Source: Squalus acanthias (Eukaryota). Taken from it: a stretch of DNA of 64,000 bases. Where the stretch lies: assembly GCA_030390025.1 (NCBI GenBank), contig CM059432.1:128838001-128902000 (forward strand), written 5' to 3'. A program made the position numbers and the translations under genes. Under the pieces are notes generated by a model. It worked only from the letters and a program-made list of their open reading frames with translations, had not been told where the DNA came from and made no database searches. Within the stretch, counting starts at the first letter, position 1. Every line of letters starts with the position of its first letter. Shown here one piece after another: positions 36,560-49,288 of this stretch.

Positions 36560-38869
36560 ACAGCCAGCCCAGTTGACTCTGCAAAGTCCTCCTCACCAAC
36601 ATCTGGGGACTTGCGCCAAAATTGGGAGAGCTGTCCCACAGACTAGTCAAGCAACAGCCTGACATAGTCATACACACAGAATCATACCTTTCAGCCAATG
36701 TCCCAAACTCCTCCATCACCATCCCTGGGTATGTCTTGCCCTACCGGCAGGACAGACCCACCAGGGGTGGTGGCACAGTGGGATACAGTTGGGAAGGAAT
36801 GGCCCTGGGAGTTCTCAACATTGACTCCGGACCCCATGAAGTTTCATGGCTTCAGGTCAAGCATGGGCAAGGAAACCTCCTGCTGATTACCATTTACCGC
36901 CCTTCCTCAGCTGATGAATCAGTACTCCTCCATGTTAAACACCACTTGGAAGAAGCACTGAGAGTAGCAAGGGCACAGAATATACCCTGGGTTGGTGACT
37001 TCAATGTCCATCACCAAGAGTGGCTCAGTAGCACCACTAATGATCGAGCTAGCCAAGTCCTGAAGGACATAGCTGCCAGTCTGGGCCTGCGACAGGTGGT
37101 GAGAGAACCAACATGAGGGAAAAACCTACTTGACCTCGTCCTCACCAATCTACCTGTCACAGATGCATCTGTCCAGGATCACCGCACAGTCATTGTGGAG
37201 ACAAAGTCCCGTCTTCACACTGAGGACACCCTCCATCGAGTTGTGTGGCACTACCACCGTGCTAAATGGAATAGATTCAGAACAGATCTAGCAGCTCAAA
37301 ACTGAGCATCCATGAAGCGCTGTGGGCCGTCAGCAGCAGCAGAATTGTATTCCACCACAATCTATAACCTCATGGCCCGGCATATCCCGCACTCTACCAT
37401 TACCATCAATCCGGGGATCAACACTGGTTCAATAAGGAGTGTAGCCAGGAGCAGCACCAGGCATACCTAAAAATGCGGTGCCAACCTGGGGAAGCTACAA
37501 CACAGGACTACATGCATGCTAAAAAGCGGAAGCAGCATGCTATAGACAGAGCTAAGTGATCCCACAATCAATGGATCAGATCAAAGCAATGCAGTCCTGT
37601 CACATCCAGTCGTGAATGGTGGTGGACCACTAAACAACTAACGGGAGGAGGAGGCTCCATGAATATCCCCATCTTCAATGATAGTGGAGCCCAGCACGTG
37701 AGTGCAAAAGACAAAGCTGAAGCGTTTGCAACCATCTTCAGCCAGAAGTGCCAAGTGGATGATCCATATCGGCCTACTCCTGAGCTCCCCACCATCACAG
37801 AAGCCAGCCTTCAGCCAATTCGATTCACTCCACATGATATAAAGAAATGGCTGAGCGCACTGGATACGGCAAAGGCTGTGGGCCCCGACAACATCCCAGC
37901 TGTCATGCTGAAGACTTGTGCTCCAGAACTAGCCGCACCTCTAGCCAAGCTGTTCCAGTACAGCTATAATACTGGCATCTATCTGACAATGTGGAAAACT
38001 GCCCAGGTATGTCCTGTCCACAAAAAGCAGGAGAAATCCAATCCGGTCAATTACCGCCCCAGCAGTCTACTCTCAATCATCAGCAAAGTGATGGAAGGTG
38101 CCATTGACAGTGCTATCAAGCGGCACTTACTCACCAATAACCTGCTCACTGATGCCCAGTTTGGGTTCCGCCAGGACCACTTGGCTCCAGACCTCATTAC
38201 AGCCTTGGTCCAAACATGGACAAAAGAGCTGAATTCCAGAGGTGAGGTGAGTGTGACTGCCCTTGACATCAAGGCAACATTTGACCGAGTGTGGCATAAA
38301 GGAGCCCTAGTAAAACTGAAGTCAATGGGAATCGGGGGGAAAACTCTCCACTGGATGGAGTCATACCTAGCATAAAGGAAGATGGTTGTGGTGGTTGGAG
38401 GTCAATCATCACAGCCCTAGGACATCGCTGCAGGAGTTCCTTAGGGCAGTGTCCTAGGCCCAACCATCATCAGCTGCTTCATCAATTACTTTCCCTCCAT
38501 CATAAGGTCAGAAGTGGGGATGTTCGCTGATGACTGCACAATGTTCAGTGCCATTCGCAACTCCTCAGATAATGAAGCAGTCCATGCCCGCATGCAGCAA
38601 GACTTGGATGACATTCAGGCTTGGGCTGATAAGTGGTAGTTAACATTCCTGCCGAATAAGTGCCAGGCAATGACTATTTCCAACAAGCGAGCGTCTAACC
38701 ACCGCCCCATGACATTCAACGGCATTACCATTGCCGAATCCCCCACCATCAATATCCTCGGGTCACCATTGACCAGAATCTTAACTGGACCAGCCACATA
38801 AATACTGTGGCAACAAGAGCAGGTCAGAGGTTGGGTATTCTGCGACGAGTGTCTGACCTCCTGACTCCC
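36560..38869 (+). mobile_element. CR1-group LINE ORF2 (APE endonuclease + RT), disrupted
   Basis: APE motifs PDIVIHTES, YRQDRPTRGGG, GDFNVH. RT motifs KAVGPDNIP, NYRP.SLLS, QFGFR, LDIK.TFDRVWH, MFADD. Several stops and frameshifts. Confidence 0.92.
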
Positions 38870-38881
38870 AGGGTCCATCTG

Positions 38882-39760
38882 ACGAAAGGTCATCGACCTG
38901 AAACATTGGCCCAGAAATTGATCTCGCTCTGTTCCCGCGGGGGTAAGGCTTTCCCGCGATCTCTCACCTCGCTTGTGCTTTTTCAGATCCAGCTCGCACG
39001 AACTTCATGTTCTAGAGATCAGCTGGGCAGTGCTTGCGTATCCCAGCGGCGTAGTGAATTCGTGCGAGCTGTGGGATCACGTGACTCAGTTAGAGCCAAT
39101 GGCAGCACACCATCTTCCATTCATAAGTTTCACAGCACGGCTGTGAAATCTATGAATCTTACACCCCCCCAAAATAACAGCTAAACCTCAATTAAATTAA
39201 AAAAAAAACCCATCACATTAATAAAATAAGTATAGTTAATTAAATTAACCATTTTAAATAAAAAATTAAATTTTTGAAAAAATTTAAAATCTTTTAAAAA
39301 GTTATAAAAATAAACTTACCTGTCTTTAAAGTCTCTAAAAAAGATATACCTGTTAAAAAAAATTCAAAAAAATACTTAATTCACTACTTACCTTCTTAAA
39401 AGTGGGTCTTACTCCTCCTTTTTACATTTCCAAAATCTTCCGTACTTACCTGCGCGTCCAAAGCATGAAGTGCACAGCGTGCGCGCAGCCTGTAGCGCGC
39501 ACGCGATGCACCGAGGACCCGCCCCCTTTTCAGAAGAGCAATTGCCGGTTTTCAGCGCATGCGCAGGGCATGCAGAAAACCGGCAATTGGAGAGAGAATA
39601 CGCGAGAGTACGCAGTGCGTACTCTCACGTCCCGGGATCAATTTTCGGCCCATTAACTCTGTTTCTCTCTCCACAGATGCTGCCTGACCTGCTGAGTATC
39701 TCCAGCATTTTCTGTTTTTCTTTCAGATTTCCAGCATCTGCAGTATTTTCTTTTTGTATT
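38882..39760 (+). mobile_element. Short Penelope-like 3' insertion, split by a MITE
   Basis: TSD AGGGTCCATCTG at 38870-38881 and 39761-39772. Reads (CTG)ACGAAAGGTCATCGACCTGAAACATT|MITE|AACTCTGTTTCTCTCTCC. Confidence 0.85.
38908..39651. mobile_element. Harbinger-type MITE
   Basis: TIRs GGCCCAGAAATTGATCTCG / CGGGATCAATTTTCGGCCC and TSD ATT. Confidence 0.88.
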
Positions 39761-40805
39761 AGGGTCCATCTGCTGTTCTCTCCCCTGCATCATCCACCAA
39801 GGTGACATTTAAAATCCACCTGTGGCAAAATAAGACATCTACTCAGAGTGCAGCTGTAACTAACAATTGGAAGTGATGAAGACGCAAAGCAGAAATCTAA
39901 ATTTTCAAATAAAGCACCAAAAGTTCTGATTACGCAGCGAATCAGGATTACGGAGAGAACAGCAGATGGATTTTACCGTAAGAAACATTCACCCACTTTG
40001 CCTTTCCATTGGCCAGCTCGTCGATCCTCCCTATCTTTACTTATGTAGTGAGTTCAGTGTGCAGAAACTTGATGTACAATACAATCCTTTTGTCTACTTT
40101 GGGAAAATCAGTAAAATATTCTTAATATAACAACATTATAAGAAAGTCACTCTATGTTGTGTGATGTTCATCCATTGTTCAGCTCTACGTCACCCATTAT
40201 ACAGCACAATGATTTAGTACAAGGTATAAAAAGCCACTGCCAATTGTGGTCGGTGAGCTAAAAATAAATTCAACAAAGTTTGAAATTTACAAGAGCACCC
40301 GAAGGCTGCAGGAAGCACATCAATGACTTACGTTGAACAGCTGGCCAAAAATAGAGCTCAGCAAAAGAAATGCACTCTGCAACACCCAAATATTCCAAAA
40401 GAAGGAGGATCTGAAGTAGGTCGAACTGAGAGTGGCCCTAATCTGTGAACTGACTGATTCTGGTACGTTTTTCATCATTTTATGAAACTATCTGTATTAC
40501 ATCATACATAACAGTCGCTGATATTATTATAATTAATATTGCATTGCTGCAGTATACACAAGTGTTTTAAAGCATATTAAAAGTTTGTGATCTGCAATTA
40601 ATTCCTCTCATAAATTCAAATGATCATTGAGGTTCAAATGTACTTCAAAATACAGTAATATTGTTATAATGTTGTCTTTCTGTCTTGTTCTCTTTCTTAA
40701 TTCATTGGGATGCTGCTGTCCAGAAGCTCATACAGTCAGCTAAAGACCATCTTGTTGGGAGGTTGGAACATTTTCCAATGACTACTGAACCATATGGAGG
40801 ACAAG

Positions 40806-41421
40806 TTGAAGGATTAACACATCTTTCAAAATTGCAGATATAGGCATTTAATAGGAATGCATGCAGCATTATTTCCCCTGTGTGAAATCTGTAAATAGGC
40901 AACACAAAAAATTCTACAAATTGATATAATCTGACTTTCACAGTGTTACAATGTATCTACTTCACAATGGTTATTATACAGCAACATTTAAAATTACATA
41001 TTTGCAACTTGCATTGATACAGTAACATTTTAGCATTTTGATTTTTGTCCTCGGGATGTGGGTGACATGGGCAAGCCCGCATTTATTACCCATCCCTAGT
41101 TGCCATGAGATGGTGGTGGTGGGCCTTCTCCTTGAACCACTGCAGTCCTTGTAGCGATGGTGTCCCCACAATGGTGCTGGGTAGGGAATGCCAAGATGTA
41201 AACCCAGTGACGATGAAGACATATTTCCACATCGGAATGGTGTGTAACTTAGAGGGGGATAACCAAATGTGTTTTAAAGTTATCACTTATGTAGTAAATA
41301 CGAATCCATTTAACTTGCATGAGCCTGGAAATGATGCTGCCTAATATTATAGTATGAATGCTTAATGCATTCCTATTAAATGCCTATATCTGCTATTTTG
41401 ATAGATGAGTTAATCCGTCAA
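40806..41421. repeat. Inverted-repeat element (probable old non-autonomous DNA transposon)
   Basis: GGATTAACACATCTTTCAAAATTGCAGATATAGGCATTTAATAGGAATGCAT (40811-40862) is near-perfectly inverted at 41365-41416. Confidence 0.65.
41040..41255 (-). mobile_element. 3' tail of CR1-group LINE
   Basis: GGACTGCAGTGGTTCAAGGAGAAGGCCCACCACCA...TAGGGATGGGTAATAAATG on the minus strand. Confidence 0.75.
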
Positions 41422-41559
41422 TCCAGAGCTTTTTCTTCCCCATTTACCATAATATTCAATTCTATTTGGAATAAAGTATTGATCTCTTTATTGGCCTTCC
41501 TGCTTCATACAAAAGTTTCACATGAGCCCCAAGTCGGCAGTACTCTCTGATATGTGTTA

Positions 41560-42008
41560 GCCGTGGCTCAGTGGGCAGCACCCTCGCCTCTGAGTCAGAA
41601 AGTTGTGGGTTTAAGTCCCACTCCAGAGACTTGTGCACAGAAATCCAGGATGACACTCCAGCGCAGCACTGAGGGAGTGCTGCACTGTCGGAGGTGCTGT
41701 CTTTTGGATGAAGTGTTAAACCGATGCCCTGTCTGCTCTCTCAGGATCCCATGGCACTATTTTGAAGAAGAGCTGGGGAGTTATCCCTGTGTCCTGGCCA
41801 ATCTTTATCCCTCAAATCAACATTACTAAAACAGATTATCAGGTCATTATCACATTGCTGTTTGTGGGAGCTTGCTGTCCGCAAATTGGCTGCCACGTTT
41901 CCTACATTACAATAGTGACTACAGTTCAAAAGTAATTCATTGGCTGTAAAGTGCTTTGGGACGTCTGGTGGTCGTGAAAGGCGCTATATAAATGAAAGTC
42001 TTTCTTCC
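41560..42008 (+). mobile_element. tRNA-derived DeuSINE (SacSINE1/AmnSINE1-like)
   Basis: A-box TGGCTCAGTGG and B-box-like GGTTTAAGTCC. Central GATCCCATGGCACTATTT.GAAGAAGAGC.GGGGAGTT recognised as the Deu domain. L2-like tail AAAGGCGCTATATAAATG. Confidence 0.85.
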
Positions 42009-42227
42009 TTTAAATGTAATTGAGAGCTTTTGAAATCACCTGTTCCATGTCTCTCTTTATCTTTTATTCAGTGGGTTCTGCATTCATTTATATATTAATG
42101 CAACATGCGACTTGGATTATACCATTTCACAAATGTTGTAAATGTTCATAATCATACATTTTCAAAAGGAGCTTGAGCAAAGATTTTTTTATATCATAGG
42201 GTTAAACTCATAAATGTATGATTTATA

Positions 42228-43030
42228 GCACTCTTGCCTTTGATCAGCAGATTGTGGGTTCAAGCTCCCCTTTAGGACTGGAGCACATAATCTAGCTTGA
42301 CACATCAGTGAAGTACTGAGGGAATACTAAGGTATCCTACAGCTGAGATATGAAACTGAAATCCTGTCTGCCTGTTTTGCTCGTGCAGGTGTAAAGTATC
42401 TCATGGCACGTTTCTGCCTCAAACTAACACCACCAAAAACAGATTAAGTAGTCATTCATCTCATTTGTTGTTTGTGGGACTTTTACTGTGCAAAATGGCA
42501 CTACATTGGCTGCATAACAGCTGTGGCTCAGTGGGTAGCACACTCACCTCTGAGTCAGAGGTTGTGAGTTTAAGTCTCACTCTAGGGACTTGAGCACATA
42601 AAGCTCGATTGACACTCCAGTGCAGTACTGAGGGAGTGCTGCACTGTCGAGGTGCCGTCTTTCAGATGAGACATTAAACCGAAGCCCCGTCTGCTCTCTC
42701 AGGTGGATGTAAAAGATCCCATGGCAGTATTTCGAAGAAGGGCAGGGGAGTTATCCCCGGTGTCCTGGCCAATATTTATCCCTCAACCAACATAACATTA
42801 TCATATTGCTGTTTGTGGGAGCTTGCTGTGCACAAATTGGCTGCTGCATTTCCCACATTACAACAGCAACTCCACTTCAAAAAGTACTTAATTGGCTGTA
42901 ACGCGCTTTGAGACGTCCGGTGGTCGTGAAAGGCGCTATATAAATGCAAGTCTTTCTTTAACAACATGACTGCACTTCAGAAAGTAATTAATTGGCTATG
43001 AAGTACTTTGGGAGATGTGATAAGGTACTA
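42228..43030 (+). mobile_element. Older degenerate DeuSINE, interrupted by a younger copy
   Basis: 5' part at 42228-42519; tail ATGACTGCACTTCAGAAAGTAATTAATTGGCT resumes at ~42964. Confidence 0.65.
42520..42958 (+). mobile_element. DeuSINE, full length
   Basis: Same family as 41560. TSD TAACA at 42515-42519 and 42959-42963. Confidence 0.88.
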
Positions 43031-43096
43031 GATAAAAGCGAGTTCTTTCTTTAATATATGCATAATAAGAACATAATATTAAGAATATAACTTCAT

Positions 43097-43799
43097 GGCC
43101 AAGAGTTTCCGCTTTGGGAGTAATTGGCGATCCGGGCGCAAATTGCGCTCAAAATTGTGCTAGTTTTCAGAAGTGTTTTTTTTCTTCAAGTTTCCACTCA
43201 AACCTATTTGCATATCGCTGACGTAAACTCTGACAAGAACCAGTACAATCGAGCAGCATTTTAGAAAGCAATTAAAAAAAAAATTGCATTCAAAAATATT
43301 CCTTGATGTATTTAAAAGTGTAACCTGGTGCAGTTTTATTAATACAGCTGAAAATAGGTTTATCACAAAAAATAAGCATCTTTACTCAGAGTGTCGAGTC
43401 CACCACCTGTGAGTAACCCAATTTTAATAACTGAAAATGACTTAAAAAAAATTATACAGAACACTGGTGTACAGTAGTCAGTTTCTTAGTAAGTTAAAAA
43501 AAAAATATTTAAAAGCTTTTAAAAGGTGCCTAAAAAAAAAGCTTAATCTGAAGCGCCTCCTCGAAGGCCCATAGATGAACGCAATTAGCGGAAACTCCCA
43601 ATGGCGATGAATCAATCCTGAGGTGTGGCCAGTTTTGTGGGTGGGGACGGCTTCTAGTGCAATGTGTTTTAAACCAGTGCAAAAGATTGTGGAGACTCGA
43701 TTTGCGGTGGACGTAATTTGTGCTTGAAATCCCTCGATCTTTTGCGCTGGTTTGGCCGATTTCGCTGAAAAAAAGCATAACTTAGCGAAACTCCTGCAC
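43097..43799. mobile_element. Probable Harbinger-type MITE
   Basis: GGCCAAGAGTTTCCGCT / AGCGAAACTCCTGCAC ends, GC-rich ends with AT-rich core. TSD unclear. Confidence 0.5.
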
Positions 43800-44158
43800 T
43801 GTATTTCTGAGAACGTCTATTCTTCAATTCAGCCTTGCAGCTGGCATGGCTTTGGAACCTGCTCTACATAAATTCCAACATGGCAGGTGGCTTCACTCGC
43901 GGTGTGAGATCCAGCTGACTCCTGGTTTGAATGGATCCACTCTCTAATAATTGGCAATATTGGTGGATTTCCATCAAATATACAATCTTCTGTCTTGTGG
44001 AAAACATTCACTGACACTTAAATAATTTCCCCCCTCACCCCAGGTTCTTAGCCACAGTAGTTGCTAATGTTCTTTAGCTGTCCAAGACAATTCTCTTCTT
44101 GCAAATATAAAACCCAATTGTTGCAAATGTATTGGTTGCTGTGTTGCACTGTCCTATT

Positions 44159-44450
44159 GGGGGGTCATTGTGACTTTCATCGCTGGGTGAAAAGTGGGTG
44201 GCAGCGAATGGTTAAAATTGCCCCCATTGTGTCCATCTCCGAGAGGAATGTGTCAAAAACTTGAACATCAGATTTACCTTTAAAGTGGCTTTGTTATCAC
44301 ATTGAGAGCTTGAGATAGATTCAACTTCTGCAATACTTAGGGGCAGATCCTGTTCAGCCCCATGGAAATAGAAATTGGGAGAGATGTAAAGCAAGCTGCC
44401 GACTCGCTATCACCCGTTTTACACTGTCGCTCAAAGTCAAGATCTACTCC
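44159..44450. mobile_element. Small MITE with ~55-bp imperfect TIRs
   Basis: TGACTTTCATCGCTGGGTGAAAAGTGGGTGGCAGCGA versus inverted TGACTTTGAGCGACAGTGTAAAACGGGTGATAGCGA. Confidence 0.6.
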
Positions 44451-45061
44451 TTATCTGTTCCAAACCACCACTGCTGAGCTGCCATTTTTCATTGGGATGA
44501 CCACCAACAAAATGACGCTCGGGATACAGGATGCAATTGCCTTTAGACCCTTCTGTTATCCTGCATGACAGTCACCCGGAGTCCTTTTATCTTTCCCATT
44601 CTAGCCCTGTGCCGTGCTCTTGATCTCTGCCTTCCCCTCTATCTGTTTTATCCTCTCTGCTTCTGTCTATCTTTTACTGATTGCCACAGTCTCCCTCATC
44701 TGTATGCAGGTCGCTGTTAATCTCTTTCAGCCTCACTACATCATATTAGTTTGTCTTTCACTTTATCCTAATTTTGTTGCCGTCTGTAATGCCCTGTTTC
44801 TCAATGGATGAAGCAATTATTTTAACATGTTCTAAGCTCTTTCCACAGAGCTCTCCCTTTCAGTTTTTCTCATCTTCTTTTCTACACTTGGCCAGCGAAA
44901 TGTTGCTTGTCCTGAAGTTGTGTCGGTGTTTTTTGGAATCAGTAGCAAGTTCCCACTACGGGGAATACACTTTTAATTGTGGCTTTCATACAAATTAGGA
45001 ATACTTGATGCAATTACTGATAATATCATGTGTATGAAAGTTGCTGTAAAGCCCTGCAAGA

Positions 45062-46843
45062 GCGCTTGGCTGAAATTGGTGCTTTGCTGCTGCAAACTAT
45101 AAATCCAAGCATGCCACAAATGGGAATTTAGGGGGAGAAATATGGGAGCATGCGATCATAATGATTCCTCTTGTATTAAATCACGTGTGTAAAGTATGAG
45201 TTAAGTGTATGAGGCTGAATTTCCTCAATGTTTCCAGCAGTTCCGTTGTATTTATGCCGTAGCTGTGCCAAAAACAACGAGGAAACTCGTATTTCGTACA
45301 TTACGCACTACTTATGTGCTAAACACAAATTTTAAAAGTCTTTTTAATAGTGTAAACTTTACGCCCGTCAAAGCCTCTGGGGGTTTATTTGCATAGTTAG
45401 TGATGTTATGTGCCCTCTTCAGCTCACTAACTCCTCACTTACACTGGTCTGAACTGACAGGGGGAGCAGCTCCAACTGTTTCTTCTTCGTCTAACATACA
45501 CCAATTGCAAGGAAACTTCCATGTACCATGGGTGAAGCTTGTAAGCTTTCTGAGAATGGGCCTTTCACATTTAAGATGCCCATAGAAAGACTGTTGTGCT
45601 GTCATTGAAGAGTCTTGGAGCGAGATGGTACTGGACCTCATCTACGTGCACATGAACCTCTTCTGTTTCTGTCAGTGTTACAGCTCAAATATTAATATGC
45701 ACGTCAGAGGCTGCCTAGTTGGCGCCTTCATTGCCACATGTGTGCTGTCGTGGCACCCTGCCCCCTGGGGAAGCCAGCTGTCCTATAGAAGTCCTTGGCT
45801 CTGTACCTCTTCTGCCTGGGGGTGAGGCCAATGTGGATGAATTTTGCTGCTCTATGAAACAGGGCCTCCCTCACCTGTACAACACACGCCCTGTCCATTC
45901 CCTGGTTAATGTTGCACAGATCTCCCGTGGTAACTTGGAAGGATCCAGAGCCGTAAAAGTTGAGGGCTGTTGTCACTTCAATTGCCGCAGACGGAGCAGT
46001 TGTGGCTGCAAATCTTCGTGATGAAGTTGGCAGGGATGCCCGATGACATCCCTGCAGAGGCATGGCCATCAGATGCACCGCTCCTCAGCGAGGTCCTGTG
46101 CAGACTGCGCACATGTTGGGGAGGCTTGTGCCGGGTGGGCTCCTGTCCTCTGCAATGCTGCCTGGTTCTCCTGGCCTGGACATGCTGCTCCTGCAAATCC
46201 CCCTCCATTATGATGATATAGAGCGGTATTCCCATGGGAAAAGCCAGCCCTTGTGGATCTGAGTGTGGGTTTGGGGCGGGGGAAGTTGAGGGTCCCAAAA
46301 TTTGTGGCAAAACATGGAAAGCACCACAGTTAAATGAAGTGCAGGTGTCAGTGGTAAAAAATAAATTTGAAGGAACGGGTTTCTAAATCTTTTTCGGAAG
46401 CCTGTGATCAGTTAGTGACGTAATGTACCCTCTTCAGCTCACCAACTCCTCACTTACACTGGTCTGAACTGACAGGGGGAGCTGCGACAGCTGCTTTTTC
46501 TGGGTCTAACTTACACCAATTGCAAGGGCGTTGTAAACCCAGGAATCTGCCATGTAATTAAACAGTACAGCTGTACAAATAAGTCCCAATAGGCTTTGAT
46601 GAGTGTATCACTATTAAAAAGATTGTTTTAATTTGCGTTTAGCTCGTAAGTGGTGCGTAATGTGTTAGATACGAATTTCCTTGATGTTTCCGGCACAGCC
46701 ACGGCATAAATACGATGTAACTGCTGAAAGCATTGAGGAAATTCAGCCTCAAAAACTTAACTCATACTTTATACATGTGATTTTAACACTAGAGGAGTTA
46801 TTAGGATTGTATTATCCAGAATGGCAAAAGTTTAGCCAAGCAC
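45062..46843 (-). mobile_element. Harbinger-derived element with long inverted repeats and internal direct repeats
   Basis: Outer IR GCTTGGCT.AA.TT; ~190-bp IR at 45166-45352 / 46609-46796; 118-bp DR at 45395-45512 / 46410-46527; transposase relic in between. Confidence 0.75.
45720..46215 (-). pseudogene. Harbinger transposase N-terminal relic
   Basis: Translation IEVTTALNFYGSGSFQVTTGDLCNINQ...VREALF...AGFPRGQGA. Confidence 0.8.
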
Positions 46844-47671
46844 ACATCTTTTGTTTATGAGATACAGAGCTAATCTTTTCTTTGGCTTTCAGAGCCAGAG
46901 TGTGAGTTAATAATTAATCACATGCATTAAGAAATGACAAACAGATAAGTTATCATTCACAAAAATACCTTTCCATCAAAGTACGCATATCAAAATATCA
47001 ACAAGTCGCTGCAAAGATGAAAGGCCTGTCTATCTATTCCAACAGGAAAGCAGAATGACTATCCCCCTCTTTCTTATCAAGCACAACAGAAATAGCTATG
47101 AATGATTTACAAGACGTTGAAGATAACGATTATTTTAATCAGCAATGTAATGTTGTCGGTGCTTCAGATGTGGGTGACCACTGGGTTGATTTGATGGCTT
47201 TTACAATAAGTTGCCTTCATTGAAGGTAAGCCTTTCCTGTTGACTAATACAGCGCTATTGATCAAGCTACCCTAATTACCTTTATGTCTTGTATTGATAT
47301 GCAATTTATCTTACTGCTCCAACCTCTGAACTGGGCTTGTTGGTTGGAGTGTCCTTAACTGCATATTTAATTTGTCATCATTCAAACTCAGAGCATAAAC
47401 ATTAAATTCATATTTTTGAGTGCCTTTTTTTCCTTGTTTACTCCTGAAGGAGAAGAATATCACTAGTGGATGAAAACCTTGTAAAAACATTTTGTAGCTC
47501 CAATGCCAGCAGCAAGCTGCAATAGATAGAAACAGAATAAAGCTTCTTGTACTCTGCGCCGACAATCTGTGTTCAACCCAATTCGAGAAGAGCGCCCTCT
47601 ACATCCGACAAGAGTGCCCTCTCCAGCACGAGTGTGAACATTCCCACGCCGTACGTCAGTCACCTTCATCA

Positions 47672-48287
47672 TAGGGTGGATTTGAACTGCCGGTGGAGAA
47701 CGGGCGGGCGGCAGGCAGAGCACGAGCCATTTAAAGGCCCAGGCCTCACTTCCGTGCTTACCGAGCTACATACCACAGATGGGTGTCCTGCTGCAACTCT
47801 CCAGTTTCAAGCCAATACAATAAGACTCCTGCTTCTCCAGGGCCCACAAGAACATAAAACAAAAACATAGATTCATAGAATCATGGAATAGTACAGCACA
47901 GAAGGAGGCCATTCGGCCCATCGAGTCTGTGCCGGAAACATTTCTGAGCCGTTTTCAGAGGGGCCAGCAGCAGTCTCTTTAAAGACCGCTGCTTATGGCT
48001 GCTCACTGCCTGGTACAACTAGGCAGAGCGTGCACAGTGCACTCTCCACCCGTATCGACCTCAAAAGGCATCGGGGTCCTACTCCTATGTAGGTCATAGG
48101 AACCCGATTTGCATACTTTAATCGTGCTCCTGCCTGATTCAGGTGGGCGCCTAGGCTTCCTTTGTAGAGGCCCAGGGCAAAATGGCTGCGGGCAGGGTCA
48201 GAACCAGGGAGTCAAGTGCGGCACCGTGATTTTAGGGCCACCACCACTCCGATCCTGCCTGATGGAAGCAAGTCAAAATCGTCTCCC
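47672..48287. mobile_element. Probable MITE carrying a CR1 3' tail fragment (~47866-47935, minus)
   Basis: AGGGTGGATTTGA / TCAAAATCGTCTCCC ends; CATAGAATCAT...ACAGCACAGAAGGAGGCCATTCGGCCCATCG. Confidence 0.45.
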
Positions 48288-49288
48288 GCCTTTCCGAGCA
48301 AGACTGAGAGTTTGATGTAAAGTTGTGCTTAGCTGGGGCAGTTTCACTTGCATGCAGTCTGTGCTACACCTGATGTGGGAGTGCGTGAAGCTGTGGCACA
48401 AGAAGTCTGAAGTGAGAAAGAGCTCCATTCCCCACTACTGATGTCCTTGACGCACACAAAAAAAATCACTAAACAAAGCTTACATGTCTGATTGAGGGAA
48501 GAATGCATGGCTGCAGCTCAGTTCTATTCAGATAAACAACAACTCATCATTTTATGGGTGGCAGAGGAATATTTGAAATCGTGTCCAGTACTCAAAGCAG
48601 CGTTGAGGGCTGCTCGGAACCTCATTGAGGCTGCTGCTGAAATAAGAGCAAGGAATTGGCAGCAAGTGGCAATTAATGTCAACCTGGTCTGATTGACATG
48701 GCATCTGAGCAACAGCAGTTTAAACCCAATGGTTGGACAGCAGGAACTGGCAATGCAGGTGCCGGTTATGTAGCCTCGGCTTATATGGGCCGCTAATACC
48801 AGTTTAAAGTGGGAGCACTAGAGAGGGAACTGAACGTTTTAGAAAACATGAACTTTGTAGGTTGAGTGGGCTCCTATCTACATCCCCCAGAGAATCCCAA
48901 CAACTAAGGACACGATAAATTTTAATGCAAAGCGACATAACTTACAGATTCAATGAACCTTCACTATATGCACAGCACACAATAATGTCTGCGACTCGGT
49001 GCACAGAATGGATTTGAATCTGAAATCACCTCACTAATAGTGCACGATGCTCATGGTATTTTCTCATTCCCGCACACTGGTTGGGGCTGAAGTGCCTTGA
49101 CGCCCAGCAACCATAGATCGGAAGATCAATTATTTGCGATCCATCTCACTCATTTTGAATGTCAACCTTACTTGTAGCGAGGACCTGTCCTTGATTTTTA
49201 ATGAACATTCAATATTTAGGCCCCATCTACACTGCATGCAGGAATTTAGCCTACATTTTCTGATAGGAGTAAAGGGACAGTTCCAAAT

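Noticed and set aside
41560..41625. tRNA gene
   Set aside because: The A/B-box-like head continues into a SINE body and tail, and no full cloverleaf is evident.
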